A stretch of 64,000 nucleotides of DNA from Clostridia bacterium (GCA_050951325.1 JBMNIW010000004.1:1-64000), one strand, 5' to 3'. Shown: positions 28,485 to 38,876, numbered from the stretch's first letter. Program-made: numbers and translations. The notes: generated by a model not told the origin, from the letters alone.

Positions 28485-30932
28485 TTAATTCTGAATCGCA
28501 TACTTTGCATCGCTAAATGTATTGTAGCTGTCTACAGTAATCTTTCTAACCTTCTCTCTTATACTTGAACTTAATGCCACATCCAGCACCTCATCCATGT
28601 GGGATACATATACAATCTCCAGCTCGTTCCTTACCGCCTCAGGAAGTTCAGGCTCCATGTTCCTGTTCTTATCGGGAATAATGACAGTCTTAACACCACT
28701 TCTTAAAGCGGCCAGCGTCTTCTCCCTGAGTCCTCCAATTGGAAGCACCTTGCCCCTCAAAGTAATCTCACCAGTCATGGCCACTGTAGATTTCACAGGA
28801 ATGCCAGTGAGGGCTGATATAATGGCGGTCGCCATGGTTATACCTGCTGATGGACCGTCCTTTGGCGTAGCTCCTTCAGGAACGTGAATGTGGACATCAT
28901 TGTTTTTGTAGAAGTCCTTGTCAATACCAAGCTTGTCCGCTCTGGAACGAATGTAGCTTATTGCAATCCTTGCAGACTCCTTCATTACATCTCCAAGTCT
29001 GCCAGTGAGTTCGATGTTGCCACTGCCGGGCAATATGTTTACTTCCACTGCCATGGTAACGCCGCCAAATGCCGTCCATGCAAGACCATTTGCAATGCCT
29101 ACTTCATCCTTGTCGGATATCTTGTCCCGCTTCCTCGAACTTGCACCAAGCATCTCCACAAGAAGCTTTTCATCAATTGTTATCTTCCTGGTCTTGTCCT
29201 CGGTCATAATCTTGACTGATTTTCTAAGCACTGCGGCAATGTTTCTTTCCAACTCACGCACACCGGACTCTGCAGTATACTCTGTGATTATGCTTCTTAG
29301 GATTTCATCACTGATATAAACTTTCTTTGAGGTAAGTCCGTGTTCTGCAAGCTGCTTTGGAATCAAATGCCTTCTTGCAATTTCAAACTTTTCGTCCTCA
29401 GTGTAGCTTGGCACCTCTATAATCTCCATCCTGTCAAGCAGTGCAGGAGGTATGGTATCAAGATTGTTTGCCGTCGCTATAAACAGCACTCTGGACAAGT
29501 CATAAGGCAGTTCTAGATAGTGGTCTCTGAATGTACTGTTCTGCTCTCCGTCCAAAGCTTCAAGAAGAGCGGAGGACGGGTCTCCCCTGTGGTCTGCTCC
29601 GACTTTATCAATCTCGTCAAGAAGCATTACAGGATTTGACTTGCCTACCTGTTTTATTGCAGCAATAATTCGACCAGGCAATGCTCCTACGTACGTTCTT
29701 CTATGACCTCTGATATCAGCTTCATCGCGAACACCACCAAGAGCAATTCTCACATACTTCTTGCCCAATGCTTCTGCTATGGATCTTGCAATGGAGGTCT
29801 TTCCCACTCCAGGAGGTCCGTAAAGGCAAAGGATGGGCTCGCTTGGAGACTTCTTTGTAAGTCTGACAGCAAGGAATTCAAGAATTCTGTCCTTAACCTT
29901 CTGCATGCCATAGTGGTCTCTGTCCAAAATCTCAGCTGCTTTTGCCAGATCCTTGTTTTCCCTTGAATAGGACATCCAGGGTAGATCAAGCACTGTCTCT
30001 ATGTATGTCTTTATCATTTGGGATTCAAGAGAGCCTGCCATTCTGGACACTCTCTGTATTTCCTTTCTCAGCTTCTCAACAACTTCCTTTGGATACTTCT
30101 TCTCCTGAAGTCTTCTCTCATAAAGATCTATTTCTGATTCATCATCTTCTCCAAGTTCGCTCTTGATAGCTTTAATCTGCTCACGCAGGAACATGTCCTT
30201 CTGGAGCTTGTTCAGCTTCTGGTTGACCTTGCTACCAATTTGCATCATGAGGGACATAATCTCATTCTCATGCCCGATATAAGATACGAGAAGCTCAAGA
30301 CGCTTGATTACATTGCTCTCCTCCAGGATTGCCTGTTTCTTATTGACCTCGACAGACAGCTGGTTTGCCATCTCATAAGTCAGTCTTGAAATATCCAGAT
30401 CTTCATAAAAGGAAAAGCCCGAAACTACAAAGCTGTGTGTCTTCTCAACATACTGCCTGTACTCCCTGAAAATCTGGATGGCATGCTTCTTTAGAGCTTC
30501 CGCATAATCTCTTCTGCTTATTGGAACAATCTCGTCCTCAAGAACTTCTACCTCAGCCAAATAAAAAGGCGTTTCTGTCACAATCTTCTTAAGGCGTGCC
30601 TTGTAGAGTCCTTTAAGAACAACCTTGTATTTGCCATCGTCATATTTATAGTTTTGATATATCATGCAAACAGTGCCAACAGTATAAATATCATTTTCTG
30701 TAGGCTCCTCCAGAGCGCCATCCCTCTGGGTAGCAAGGAATATCAAAGAGTCCCTCCTTATTGCCTCGTTTACCGCAGCAATGGAAGCCCTCCTGCCTAC
30801 ATCAAATGTAACCTCTGTATTGGGGTATACAACAAGACCCCTGAGACTCATTAGGGGCAGTACACTGTTGTCACTTTTATTTATATAATTGCTATTTGCA
30901 TTATGTACATTATCCAATCTATTATCATTCAT
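28485..30932 (-). CDS. lon: ATP-dependent protease La
   Basis: LON N-domain, GPPGVGKTS, LLDEIDK and PKDGPSAG catalytic Ser motif. Confidence 0.97.
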   Translation of the reverse strand: MNDNRLDNVHNANSNYINKSDNSVLPLMSLRGLVVYPNTEVTFDVGRRASIAAVNEAIRRDSLIFLATQRDGALEEPTENDIYTVGTVCMIYQNYKYDDGKYKVVLKGLYKARLKKIVTETPFYLAEVEVLEDEIVPISRRDYAEALKKHAIQIFREYRQYVEKTHSFVVSGFSFYEDLDISRLTYEMANQLSVEVNKKQAILEESNVIKRLELLVSYIGHENEIMSLMMQIGSKVNQKLNKLQKDMFLREQIKAIKSELGEDDESEIDLYERRLQEKKYPKEVVEKLRKEIQRVSRMAGSLESQMIKTYIETVLDLPWMSYSRENKDLAKAAEILDRDHYGMQKVKDRILEFLAVRLTKKSPSEPILCLYGPPGVGKTSIARSIAEALGKKYVRIALGGVRDEADIRGHRRTYVGALPGRIIAAIKQVGKSNPVMLLDEIDKVGADHRGDPSSALLEALDGEQNSTFRDHYLELPYDLSRVLFIATANNLDTIPPALLDRMEIIEVPSYTEDEKFEIARRHLIPKQLAEHGLTSKKVYISDEILRSIITEYTAESGVRELERNIAAVLRKSVKIMTEDKTRKITIDEKLLVEMLGASSRKRDKISDKDEVGIANGLAWTAFGGVTMAVEVNILPGSGNIELTGRLGDVMKESARIAISYIRSRADKLGIDKDFYKNNDVHIHVPEGATPKDGPSAGITMATAIISALTGIPVKSTVAMTGEITLRGKVLPIGGLREKTLAALRSGVKTVIIPDKNRNMEPELPEAVRNELEIVYVSHMDEVLDVALSSSIREKVRKITVDSYNTFSDAKYAIQN

Positions 30933-31072
30933 TGTTATTCATCCTTTCCTGGTTAGTATAACAACCCGGGGGGATATAAGCAATAGTAATCTGTTGCCAT
31001 AGAATATACATTATACTACAATTTTCTCATTTTGTCATATAAACAATTTCGAAATTTTGTTTTAACTTGATA

Positions 31073-31106
31073 TTGTATATAGAACAGATTTTTGGTATAC
31101 TGTTCT
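31073..31106 (+). promoter_or_regulatory. SigA-like promoter with inverted repeat flanking the -10
   Basis: TTGTAT-17-TATACT with extended TG; AGAACAG-12-CTGTTCT. Confidence 0.5.
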
Positions 31107-31133
31107 TGAAATCTTCAAAAGGAAGGAAATCAT

Positions 31134-32486
31134 ATGCCGAACAACGATCTACTAAGGAAACTGAACATATTGGGCGCTGCAGCAAAATACGATGCATCCT
31201 GTGCTTCCAGTGGTGTTGAGCGAAGAGGAAGCTCAAAACAAGGCGCTATGGGAAACAGTGTAGCCTGCGGAATATGCCACAGCTTCACCCAGGATGGAAG
31301 ATGCGTGTCCCTATTAAAGGTTCTTCAAAGCAACGACTGCGTCTACGATTGCAAATACTGCGTTAACAGGCGAACAAATGATGTGGAAAGAGCAACATTT
31401 ATGCCCAGGGAAATCGCCATGCTGACATACGAATTCTACCGTAGAAACTATATCGAAGGTCTTTTCCTAAGCTCTGCAGTAATACTGTCTCCCGACAACA
31501 CCATGGAGATAATGTACGAAACTTTGAGACTTTTGAGGCAGGAGTTCTGTTTTTATGGATATATACACGTCAAGGCCATCCCTGGAGCTGATCCTCTTCT
31601 CATAGAGAGAGCTGGCCGTCTTGCCGACAGAATGAGCGTCAACATAGAACTGCCTTCAGAAGCAAGCCTGACAAGACTTGCACCCCAAAAAAAGAAGAGG
31701 AGCATCTTCAGCTCAATGAGATATATCTCAGGTAGAATCGAAGAAGACAAAAGCGGCAAATTTCTTCTAAGAGACAATCTGCCTGCTCCCCTAGGAGAAA
31801 CCATGCCCACAAGTTATGGAACAGGCAGCAGCAATAAAAGGACTTTTGTTCCTGGAGGTCAAAGCACCCAACTCATTATCGGAGCAACAGACGATACGGA
31901 CCACGATATACTGACTTTAACCGAAAATCTGTACAACAAGATGCAGCTAAAGCGCGTATACTACTCGGCCTATGTACCTGCTGTAAAAGACCCAAGCCTT
32001 CCTTCACTGGCAGAACCTCCCCTTTTAAGAGAACACAGACTTTATCAGGCGGACTGGCTATTGCGGTTTTATGGGTTTCGGAGCAGTGAGCTTTTAAACG
32101 AAAGAAATCCTAATCTTAATCTTAAATATGATCCGAAATGTGATTGGGCCGTAAGGAATCTGGATTTGTTTCCTGTTGAGGTCAACAAGGCGGATTACGA
32201 CACATTGCTAAGGGTTCCAGGAATCGGCACCATATCTGCACGAAAAATAGTTTCTGCAAGAAAAGTTGGTTCTTTGGGGTTTGAGGAACTCAAAAAAATG
32301 GGTGTTGTTCTTAAAAGAGCCCAGTATTTCATAACCTGCAGAGGGAAAATGATGCCGCATATAAAGTTTGACCCGAAATTCATAGACGCAAATCTTAGCC
32401 TGGATAAAAGAGCAATACCCATTTTCAGCAATTACGAACAGCTATCCTTATTGGATTACATTAATGGTGGTGATTCCTTATGCTGA
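31134..32486 (+). CDS. Putative DNA modification/repair radical SAM protein with HhH (TIGR03916-like)
   Basis: AKYDASCASSG, GICHSF..DGRC, CVYDCKYC, REHRLYQADWLLRFYGF and LLRVPGIG. Confidence 0.92.
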   Translation: MPNNDLLRKLNILGAAAKYDASCASSGVERRGSSKQGAMGNSVACGICHSFTQDGRCVSLLKVLQSNDCVYDCKYCVNRRTNDVERATFMPREIAMLTYEFYRRNYIEGLFLSSAVILSPDNTMEIMYETLRLLRQEFCFYGYIHVKAIPGADPLLIERAGRLADRMSVNIELPSEASLTRLAPQKKKRSIFSSMRYISGRIEEDKSGKFLLRDNLPAPLGETMPTSYGTGSSNKRTFVPGGQSTQLIIGATDDTDHDILTLTENLYNKMQLKRVYYSAYVPAVKDPSLPSLAEPPLLREHRLYQADWLLRFYGFRSSELLNERNPNLNLKYDPKCDWAVRNLDLFPVEVNKADYDTLLRVPGIGTISARKIVSARKVGSLGFEELKKMGVVLKRAQYFITCRGKMMPHIKFDPKFIDANLSLDKRAIPIFSNYEQLSLLDYINGGDSLC

Positions 32487-33235
32487 ACATATATATCTAC
32501 GATGGCTCATATCACGGTCTTTTGACCAGTTGTTTTGATGCATGGAAAGATAAAGACATATATTCAATTCGAACAAAAGAAGAAAACAAGGATGTCAACC
32601 TGCTTGAAAAAGTTGTATATATCGAAACAGATAATGAAAAAGCTGAGAGAATCATAAAATGGGTTGGCAAGGAAGCTTGTTATGAGGTTCAAAGAAAACT
32701 CTACAGAGTCTTTCTTACAGAACATCCTGAAAGGGGCATGTATATCTTCAGATATCTAAAACTTCTTAACCAGCTGGGTAGAAATGTTGAAAACCACCTG
32801 TACAATGACGATGTGCGAAATATAAACAAACTGAGCAGAATGCATGCATCAGAAACCCACAGGCTTTATGGATTTGTAAGGTTTGAAGTAATAGGCAACA
32901 ACATACTCTATGCACGAATAGAGCCTGATTTCAACCAGTTGGAAGTCATTGCCCCCTACTTTGCAGACAGGTACAACGGCCACTTGTGGATCATACACGA
33001 CCTTGCAAGGAATATGGCTGCTATCTTCAATGGTAGCCAATATATCATAACGGAGTATAACGGAAATATGCTTGATAATGAATCAAAGACGGAAATCTCC
33101 TTTCAAAAAATGTGGGTTGAATATTTGGATGCTTTGACAATTAAAGAAAGACTGAACCTTGATTTGCAAAAACAGAAAGTTCCGCTGAAAACCAGAAAGC
33201 ATTTAACAGAATTTATGTTTAAAAGTAAAAATTAA
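32480..33235 (+). CDS. DUF4130 / TIGR03915-like putative DNA repair partner protein
   Basis: YDGSYHGLLT, HRLYGFVRF and FADRY...WIIHD; canonical partner overlapping the rSAM gene. Confidence 0.88.
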   Translation: MLNIYIYDGSYHGLLTSCFDAWKDKDIYSIRTKEENKDVNLLEKVVYIETDNEKAERIIKWVGKEACYEVQRKLYRVFLTEHPERGMYIFRYLKLLNQLGRNVENHLYNDDVRNINKLSRMHASETHRLYGFVRFEVIGNNILYARIEPDFNQLEVIAPYFADRYNGHLWIIHDLARNMAAIFNGSQYIITEYNGNMLDNESKTEISFQKMWVEYLDALTIKERLNLDLQKQKVPLKTRKHLTEFMFKSKN

Positions 33236-33236
33236 T

Positions 33237-33265
33237 CACACATTTTCTCTCTTCTCCATACAATG
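33237..33265 (+). promoter_or_regulatory. Mother-cell sporulation-type (SigK/SigE-like) promoter
   Basis: CACA-16-CATACAATG upstream of the small Cys-rich ORF. Confidence 0.5.
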
Positions 33266-33302
33266 ATATTGTAATGTAGATGGAGCACAAGGAGGTTAAA
33301 CA

Positions 33303-33431
33303 ATGAGTTGTTTCGGACTTGATGACGATTGCATCCTTTGGATCATATTACTTCTCGCCCTGTTGGGTATACTGAATGACTGTAATCGTAGAGGTGTGTT
33401 AGGCACCAGAGACAAGGATTGCTGCTGCTAA
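33303..33431 (+). CDS. Small 42-aa Cys-rich single-TM protein (not in ORF track)
   Basis: AAGGAGG RBS; MSCFGLDDDCILWIILLLALLGILNDCNRRGVLGTRDKDCCC*; followed by a terminator. Confidence 0.8.
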   Translation: MSCFGLDDDCILWIILLLALLGILNDCNRRGVLGTRDKDCCC

Positions 33432-33473
33432 TTTGATTAATTAGCTAACTAATTGATGGCAGCGAATGAGTCA

Positions 33474-33505
33474 GGGGCTATCGCTTATGCGACAGCCCCA
33501 TTTTT
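33474..33505. terminator. Intrinsic terminator
   Basis: GGGGCT.TCGC-TTAT-GCGA.AGCCCC stem followed by a T run; lies between convergent genes. Confidence 0.75.
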
Positions 33506-33526
33506 GACGTATCAACTCATATAACT

Positions 33527-34015
33527 CTAAAGTTTTATTCTCTTTGCCACAGGTATGAAAAGCATACCCATAACCACTCCGCACAAACCTTGAATTCCAT
33601 TGTATGCGATGCCTAATAATGCAGGGGCAATTCCATCGTAAATTAACAGCTCATAAAAGAAGTATCCGGCAATCATGATGATTTCAGCAAGTATGAATAC
33701 CACAAGGTTTCTTGCTGGCTTGTTGCCATCTTTCAGGGCAAATCCTGCAAATAATCCCATTAAACCTTTAATAACAAATGTCGCTGGCGCATATAGAGCA
33801 TAACCTAGAATCAAATCTGCAATGCAGGAACCAATTGCCGCTGGTACGAAAGCCATGGGTCCAAGCAAAAAAGCTGCAGTAAATATGAAACCGTCACCCA
33901 TATGTATATAGCCACCATAAACAGGTACTGCGATCTTCATGAATGCTGTGGCGACAATAATCATTGCCGCCAAAGCACTGTGATAAACAAGTTTTTTTAC
34001 ATTTTTGCTAGCCAT
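33527..34015 (-). CDS. ECF transporter S component
   Basis: Hydrophobic 162 aa; GGYIHMGDG, GSCIADL and APATFVIKG. Confidence 0.85.
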   Translation of the reverse strand: MASKNVKKLVYHSALAAMIIVATAFMKIAVPVYGGYIHMGDGFIFTAAFLLGPMAFVPAAIGSCIADLILGYALYAPATFVIKGLMGLFAGFALKDGNKPARNLVVFILAEIIMIAGYFFYELLIYDGIAPALLGIAYNGIQGLCGVVMGMLFIPVAKRIKL

Positions 34016-34030
34016 ACAAGACCTCCGTTT

Positions 34031-35095
34031 TTAACCGTGAAGCCTGACTTCCTCCCAAGCTTCGTTGTAATATTTCACAGCGTCACCCAAATCAATAAAC
34101 GATTCGCATCTTTCAATAACTGACTTTGGAGGATTGTAAACCTCACTTTCCCTAAGACTTGCATCAAGCTGACTCAAAGCCTCCTTCTGTGGAGTTGAGT
34201 ACTGAATATATTCAGCATTCATCTTCGCAATATCCGTTCTGCACATGAAATCAATAAACAGGTGTGCAGCTTCGATATTCTTGCCTGTTTTTGATATGAC
34301 CATTGCATCAGCCCATATATTGCTGCCCTCATCAGGTACGGCATACGCCAAATCAGAATTCTCATTCATCATCCATACGGCATCTCCGGACCACGCCACC
34401 ATAAGGGCATAATTGCCTGCAATCATCATATCCTTCAACTTGTCAACACCATAATCAGCCACCAGATCTATCTGGTCAATCAAAGCTTCTTTTGCAGCCT
34501 TAATTTCATCAAGATTTGTGGAATTCATTGAATAACCAAGCTTTCTCAAGGCCACACCCATGGTGTCTCTCATGCTGTCAAGCATTAAAATCTTGCCCTT
34601 GTACTTTGAATCCCACAGTATGGACCAGCTGTTAACAGGTTCGGTAACCAGCTTTTTATTGTACAGAATTCCCAATGTTCCCCACATATATGTTACTGAG
34701 TATTCTTCATCAGGATCGTACGCAAGCCCTCTGAAGGAGTCGTCAATTTTGTCATAGTTGGTCAGCTTGGAAAAATCAATTTTATGGAGCCTATCCTCCT
34801 TTATGAGACGTTCAATCATGTAGTCTGATGGAATCAGAACATCATAAGGTTCTTTGCTGTTTATGAGTTTCTGATACATGATTTCGTTTGTATCAAAAGT
34901 ATCATAAACTATCCTTATGTGCGGATACTCCTCCATGAACATGTCGAGGACACGCTCGTCAATGTAGTCTCCACAGTTGAACACATAAAGTGTTTCACGG
35001 TCGTCCTTGCAGCCTGTCAGGAATATGACTCCTACAAGGGACAAAACCAACAAAATTGAACTGACAATTCTTACTGTCTTTTTCATTTCAAGCAC
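34031..35095 (-). CDS. potD: Spermidine/putrescine ABC transporter substrate-binding lipoprotein
   Basis: LTGC lipobox; PSDYMI, YMWGTLGI, WSGDA and EGSNIWAD. Confidence 0.92.
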   Translation of the reverse strand: MLEMKKTVRIVSSILLVLSLVGVIFLTGCKDDRETLYVFNCGDYIDERVLDMFMEEYPHIRIVYDTFDTNEIMYQKLINSKEPYDVLIPSDYMIERLIKEDRLHKIDFSKLTNYDKIDDSFRGLAYDPDEEYSVTYMWGTLGILYNKKLVTEPVNSWSILWDSKYKGKILMLDSMRDTMGVALRKLGYSMNSTNLDEIKAAKEALIDQIDLVADYGVDKLKDMMIAGNYALMVAWSGDAVWMMNENSDLAYAVPDEGSNIWADAMVISKTGKNIEAAHLFIDFMCRTDIAKMNAEYIQYSTPQKEALSQLDASLRESEVYNPPKSVIERCESFIDLGDAVKYYNEAWEEVRLHG

Positions 35096-35903
35096 TCCTT
35101 TCCTTAATCAAAGCTTTATTTCCATTAGGTCGTTTTCTAAGGTTGTTAATAACTAGTATTACAAATACCACGATCATAATAATCGTCGACAGCGCATTTA
35201 CAGACAAAGGAATCCTTCTCTTTGTCAGAGTGTTTATCTCCACACTGAGAGTTTTGAATGCGGCTCCCGCTGTAAAATAGCTGATAATGAAGTCATCAAG
35301 CGACAGTGTAAACGCAATCAAAAGGCCGGATATGATACCAGGCAGTATGTCTGGAAGAACAATCTTCCTAAAGGCCATGGCGGGTGTAGCTCCCAAATCC
35401 AACGCCGCTTCATAAGTACTTTTGTTCAACTGCCTCAGTTTAGGCAGTACTGATAGTATAACATACGGCACATTGAAGGTAATGTGTGCAATAAGTATTG
35501 TTGAAAAACCCAAAGGAACACTTATGGCACCAAAAAACAGCATGAACGCAATACCTGTCACAATCTCTGCATTAAGCATTGGGATGTTGGCAACCTTTAT
35601 CGTAGAGTTTCTCATAATGCCGGGCATCTTGTGGATGACAATTGCAGCATAAGTACCTATAAGTGTTGCAACAACACTCGCAATAGCTGCCACTATAAGG
35701 GTGTTTCGGAATGAGCCGAGCAGGGCGTCTCTATTCACAAGGTCCTTGTACCATCTTAAAGAGAAACCTGCAAACTTGCCTCTTGACTCGCCTGCATTGA
35801 AGGAAAAAAGTATCAGGACCGCTATTGGCGAGTAAAGAAACAGCATGATAAGCGCAATGTATATGCGGTGAATTGCTTTCGATATTTTCCCCCTCCTTTT
35901 CAT
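35088..35903 (-). CDS. potC: Spermidine/putrescine ABC permease
   Basis: EAALDLGA and FTLSLDDFIISYF; operon position. Confidence 0.9.
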   Translation of the reverse strand: MKRRGKISKAIHRIYIALIMLFLYSPIAVLILFSFNAGESRGKFAGFSLRWYKDLVNRDALLGSFRNTLIVAAIASVVATLIGTYAAIVIHKMPGIMRNSTIKVANIPMLNAEIVTGIAFMLFFGAISVPLGFSTILIAHITFNVPYVILSVLPKLRQLNKSTYEAALDLGATPAMAFRKIVLPDILPGIISGLLIAFTLSLDDFIISYFTAGAAFKTLSVEINTLTKRRIPLSVNALSTIIMIVVFVILVINNLRKRPNGNKALIKERSA

Positions 35904-36778
35904 ACGACACCTCCTGCATCATTCTCCTTGTCCACAAGATTAACTATGGACATCATTGCAATTACAATTATCATCAATAGAAACGACAATGCGCTTCCAT
36001 CGCTTGAAACTCCAGCTCCGGCACCCGCCTCATGCATGAACTTGTATTCTATGAGGCTGCCCACTGTCCATTTCTTGTTCGCCAGAAGCTGCGGAATTAC
36101 AAAGGTGGTTACTGAAGGAACAAACACCATTGTTATTCCCGAAAGTATTCCTGGCAGAGACAAGGGAAGAAGAATCTTGCTGAAAACAACAACTCCACTT
36201 GCTCCTAAATCCCTTGCAGCCTCGATAAGGCTGTAATCTATCTTCAAAAGCGATGTATATATCGGCAGTACCAGGAAAGGTAGAAAGTTGTATACCATTC
36301 CTATGATTATTGCTGTGGTTGTGTTTGTAAGAGTGCCATTCTCAAGCCCCACAAACTTGAAAAATCCGCTGAGTATGCTTTGCTCGTCAATCAGTGCTTT
36401 CAATGCATACGTCCTGATAAGTATGTTCATCCACATTGGCAGCATCAACAGTATCATCAAAAGGTCCCTTGCTCCGTTGGACAATTTCGTCATTACATAG
36501 GCAAGAGGATACCCCAGTATGAAGCAGACGACGGTACTAATGAAAGCATAGTACAATGAGTCGTAAAAGGCGCTCTGGTATCTTTCATTGGAAAGAACAT
36601 TTACAATATTGCTTATTGTAAACTTCAGTCCCTCATCTGTAACCTCCACGAAAGCATAAAAAAAGATCATTACAAGGGGGACAATAGTGAATACAAGAAG
36701 CCATGCATGAATAGGTATTGACAGAAGTATGTTGTTAATTCTGCTCTTCTTTGTCATTCTCAAAATCGCCTCCTTCAT
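35900..36778 (-). CDS. potB: Spermidine/putrescine ABC permease
   Basis: [19 protein letters not shown] and EAARDLGA. Confidence 0.9.
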   Translation of the reverse strand: MKEAILRMTKKSRINNILLSIPIHAWLLVFTIVPLVMIFFYAFVEVTDEGLKFTISNIVNVLSNERYQSAFYDSLYYAFISTVVCFILGYPLAYVMTKLSNGARDLLMILLMLPMWMNILIRTYALKALIDEQSILSGFFKFVGLENGTLTNTTTAIIIGMVYNFLPFLVLPIYTSLLKIDYSLIEAARDLGASGVVVFSKILLPLSLPGILSGITMVFVPSVTTFVIPQLLANKKWTVGSLIEYKFMHEAGAGAGVSSDGSALSFLLMIIVIAMMSIVNLVDKENDAGGVV

Positions 36779-38186
36779 ATACGCTCATCTCGTCCTTGTC
36801 GTGGACATCCACCCTCTTGCGGATCTTGATGCTCTCTCTTGGTATATAGAGGCATACTTCCACGCCTATTGCCATCTTCCTGTCAGTGTGAACAAGAAAA
36901 TCAGTATCGGAACATCTTACAATAACTTCATAGTCAAGCCCCTTGTCTTTTACATTGACAATCTCGCCGTTGATTGTTCCACCAGGCATTTCCGTCTCAA
37001 AATTCTTCTCCTTAATCTCTATATCCTGTGGGAGAATATATACGCTTACTGTCTCATCCTGCTCAAAACCGCTGGCATTACAGTCAAACATGCTGTCGAC
37101 GATTTCCACTTTGTTATCCTCAACCATCCATCCCGTCATGATATTATAAGGGATTCTCATAATATGTATGTCATAGGGATCTATGCAGAGGCCGACCACG
37201 CTGCCAGGTTTTGAATATGCCGTGGTGTGAACTTTCCATTTGAATCCATTGGCTTCAACAGTGATTTCATAGTGGACACCTTTAAACAGAGTGCTCAAAA
37301 CCTCTCCCTGCAGCATGCCTTTTTCAGGCTCCACAATCTTTATATCCTCAGGTCTTACTACCACGTCCACATCCTCGTCTTCTCCAAAACCCTTGTCCTC
37401 GCATTGAAATTCCTTGTTTGCAAACTCGCAAAGGTAGTCTCTTTTCATGACGCCGGAAAGAATGTTGCTTTCGCCAATAAACTGGGCAACAAATGCATTG
37501 CTAGGCTCATTGTATATGTCCGTGGGCTTTCCTATCTGCTGAATAACACCATGATTCATAACAATAATGGTGTCGGACATTGTAAGAGCTTCTTCCTGAT
37601 CATGGGTTACATATACAAAGGTTATTCCCGTCTTCTTTTGAAGGTTCTTAAGCTCATACTGCATTTCCTTGCGCAACTTGAGATCAAGAGCTCCAAGGGG
37701 TTCGTCCAGAAGAAGTACCTCAGGTTCATTTACAATTGCTCGTGCAATGGCAATTCTCTGCTGCTGTCCTCCGCTCAATGAATGGGGCATTCTTTTTTCA
37801 AAACCGGACAATTCAACCAGTTCCAATACTCTTGCGACATTTTCCTTTATATCCGTTTCCTTCATCTTCTTTATTCTCAGGCCGAAAGCAATGTTCTCAT
37901 AGATATTCATGTGTGGAAACAAAGAATATTTTTGAAATACAGTATTAATAGGTCTTTTATGCGGAGGCACGTCAGTAATATCCACATTATTGAAGAATAT
38001 GCGGCCTGAATCAGGTTGCTCGAATCCACCAATAATACGCAGGGTTGTTGTCTTGCCACAGCCCGACGGACCAAGCAGAGTCAAAAACTCATTCTTCCTG
38101 ATGTATAATGTCAAATCCTTTATAACTTCAGTATCTCCATAGCTCTTTGTAATGTTGTACAAGTCAATTATATGTTCCGACATCAA
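36735..38186 (-). CDS. potA: Spermidine/putrescine ABC ATPase with extended C-terminus
   Basis: [16 protein letters not shown] and [14 protein letters not shown]; duplicated TOBE-like region. Confidence 0.93.
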   Translation of the reverse strand: MMSEHIIDLYNITKSYGDTEVIKDLTLYIRKNEFLTLLGPSGCGKTTTLRIIGGFEQPDSGRIFFNNVDITDVPPHKRPINTVFQKYSLFPHMNIYENIAFGLRIKKMKETDIKENVARVLELVELSGFEKRMPHSLSGGQQQRIAIARAIVNEPEVLLLDEPLGALDLKLRKEMQYELKNLQKKTGITFVYVTHDQEEALTMSDTIIVMNHGVIQQIGKPTDIYNEPSNAFVAQFIGESNILSGVMKRDYLCEFANKEFQCEDKGFGEDEDVDVVVRPEDIKIVEPEKGMLQGEVLSTLFKGVHYEITVEANGFKWKVHTTAYSKPGSVVGLCIDPYDIHIMRIPYNIMTGWMVEDNKVEIVDSMFDCNASGFEQDETVSVYILPQDIEIKEKNFETEMPGGTINGEIVNVKDKGLDYEVIVRCSDTDFLVHTDRKMAIGVEVCLYIPRESIKIRKRVDVHDKDEMSVYEGGDFENDKEEQN

Positions 38187-38217
38187 GATCCCCCTTATTC
38201 ATCATATCATATATTCT

Positions 38218-38766
38218 CTAAAAGCTGGGAGGTGTAACTACCCATAGCACTTTTGCACTTTTTGTTGTGTTGTTCGCTATATAATGCCTGGAAAAAGGTA
38301 AAAAATAAAAGCTCTCGCCCTTCTTCACCTTGTATGCCTTATCACCAATATGTAGCATAACCGTTCCTTGCAAAACTATTCCAAACTCTTCCCCGTTGTG
38401 AGGCTCTTCTTCCGAGGACTTCCCACCAGGTTCCAGAGTAAGTATGATAGGCTCCATATCGTTCTTTTGACAGTTGGGCACTAGCCATGTTATTTTGTTT
38501 CCTTGGTCAAGATTCTCAGTTTCAAAATAGTCCTTTTTTGTGAAAACAATCTTTTCTTCGGTTGCTTCATTAAAAAAATCCCTTAAATTGGTCCCCAGAC
38601 ACTCAAGTATGTCTACCAGTGTTGCAATCGAAGGTGATGTCTGTTCACTTTCTATTTGAGAGATGAAACCTTTTGACAACTCGCTTCTGTTTGCCAGCTC
38701 TTCCTGTGTTAGCCCGTTCCTTATCCTGAGCTCCCTTATCTTTGCTCCAATTGCAAACCCTGACAT
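38218..38766 (-). CDS. XRE HTH + cupin transcriptional regulator (PuuR-like) heading the pot operon
   Basis: LTQEELA...SKGFISQIE HTH; HNGEEFG cupin. Confidence 0.9.
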   Translation of the reverse strand: MSGFAIGAKIRELRIRNGLTQEELANRSELSKGFISQIESEQTSPSIATLVDILECLGTNLRDFFNEATEEKIVFTKKDYFETENLDQGNKITWLVPNCQKNDMEPIILTLEPGGKSSEEEPHNGEEFGIVLQGTVMLHIGDKAYKVKKGESFYFLPFSRHYIANNTTKSAKVLWVVTPPSF

Positions 38767-38795
38767 GGGAAATATCCCTCCTTTTCGTTTCTACG

Positions 38796-38876
38796 AGTTT
38801 TACTGATAGTAAACTTTAAGTTTACCTTTACTAAACTCACGACGGATATTGTACTAACATTTTAGCCGCATGTCAA
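38796..38876 (-). promoter_or_regulatory. SigA promoter with two downstream palindromic operator-like sites
   Basis: TTGACA-17-TACAAT (38848-38876); TTTACT-GAT-AGTAAA (38799-38813) and AGTTTA-n7-TAAACT (38819-38837). Confidence 0.65.
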
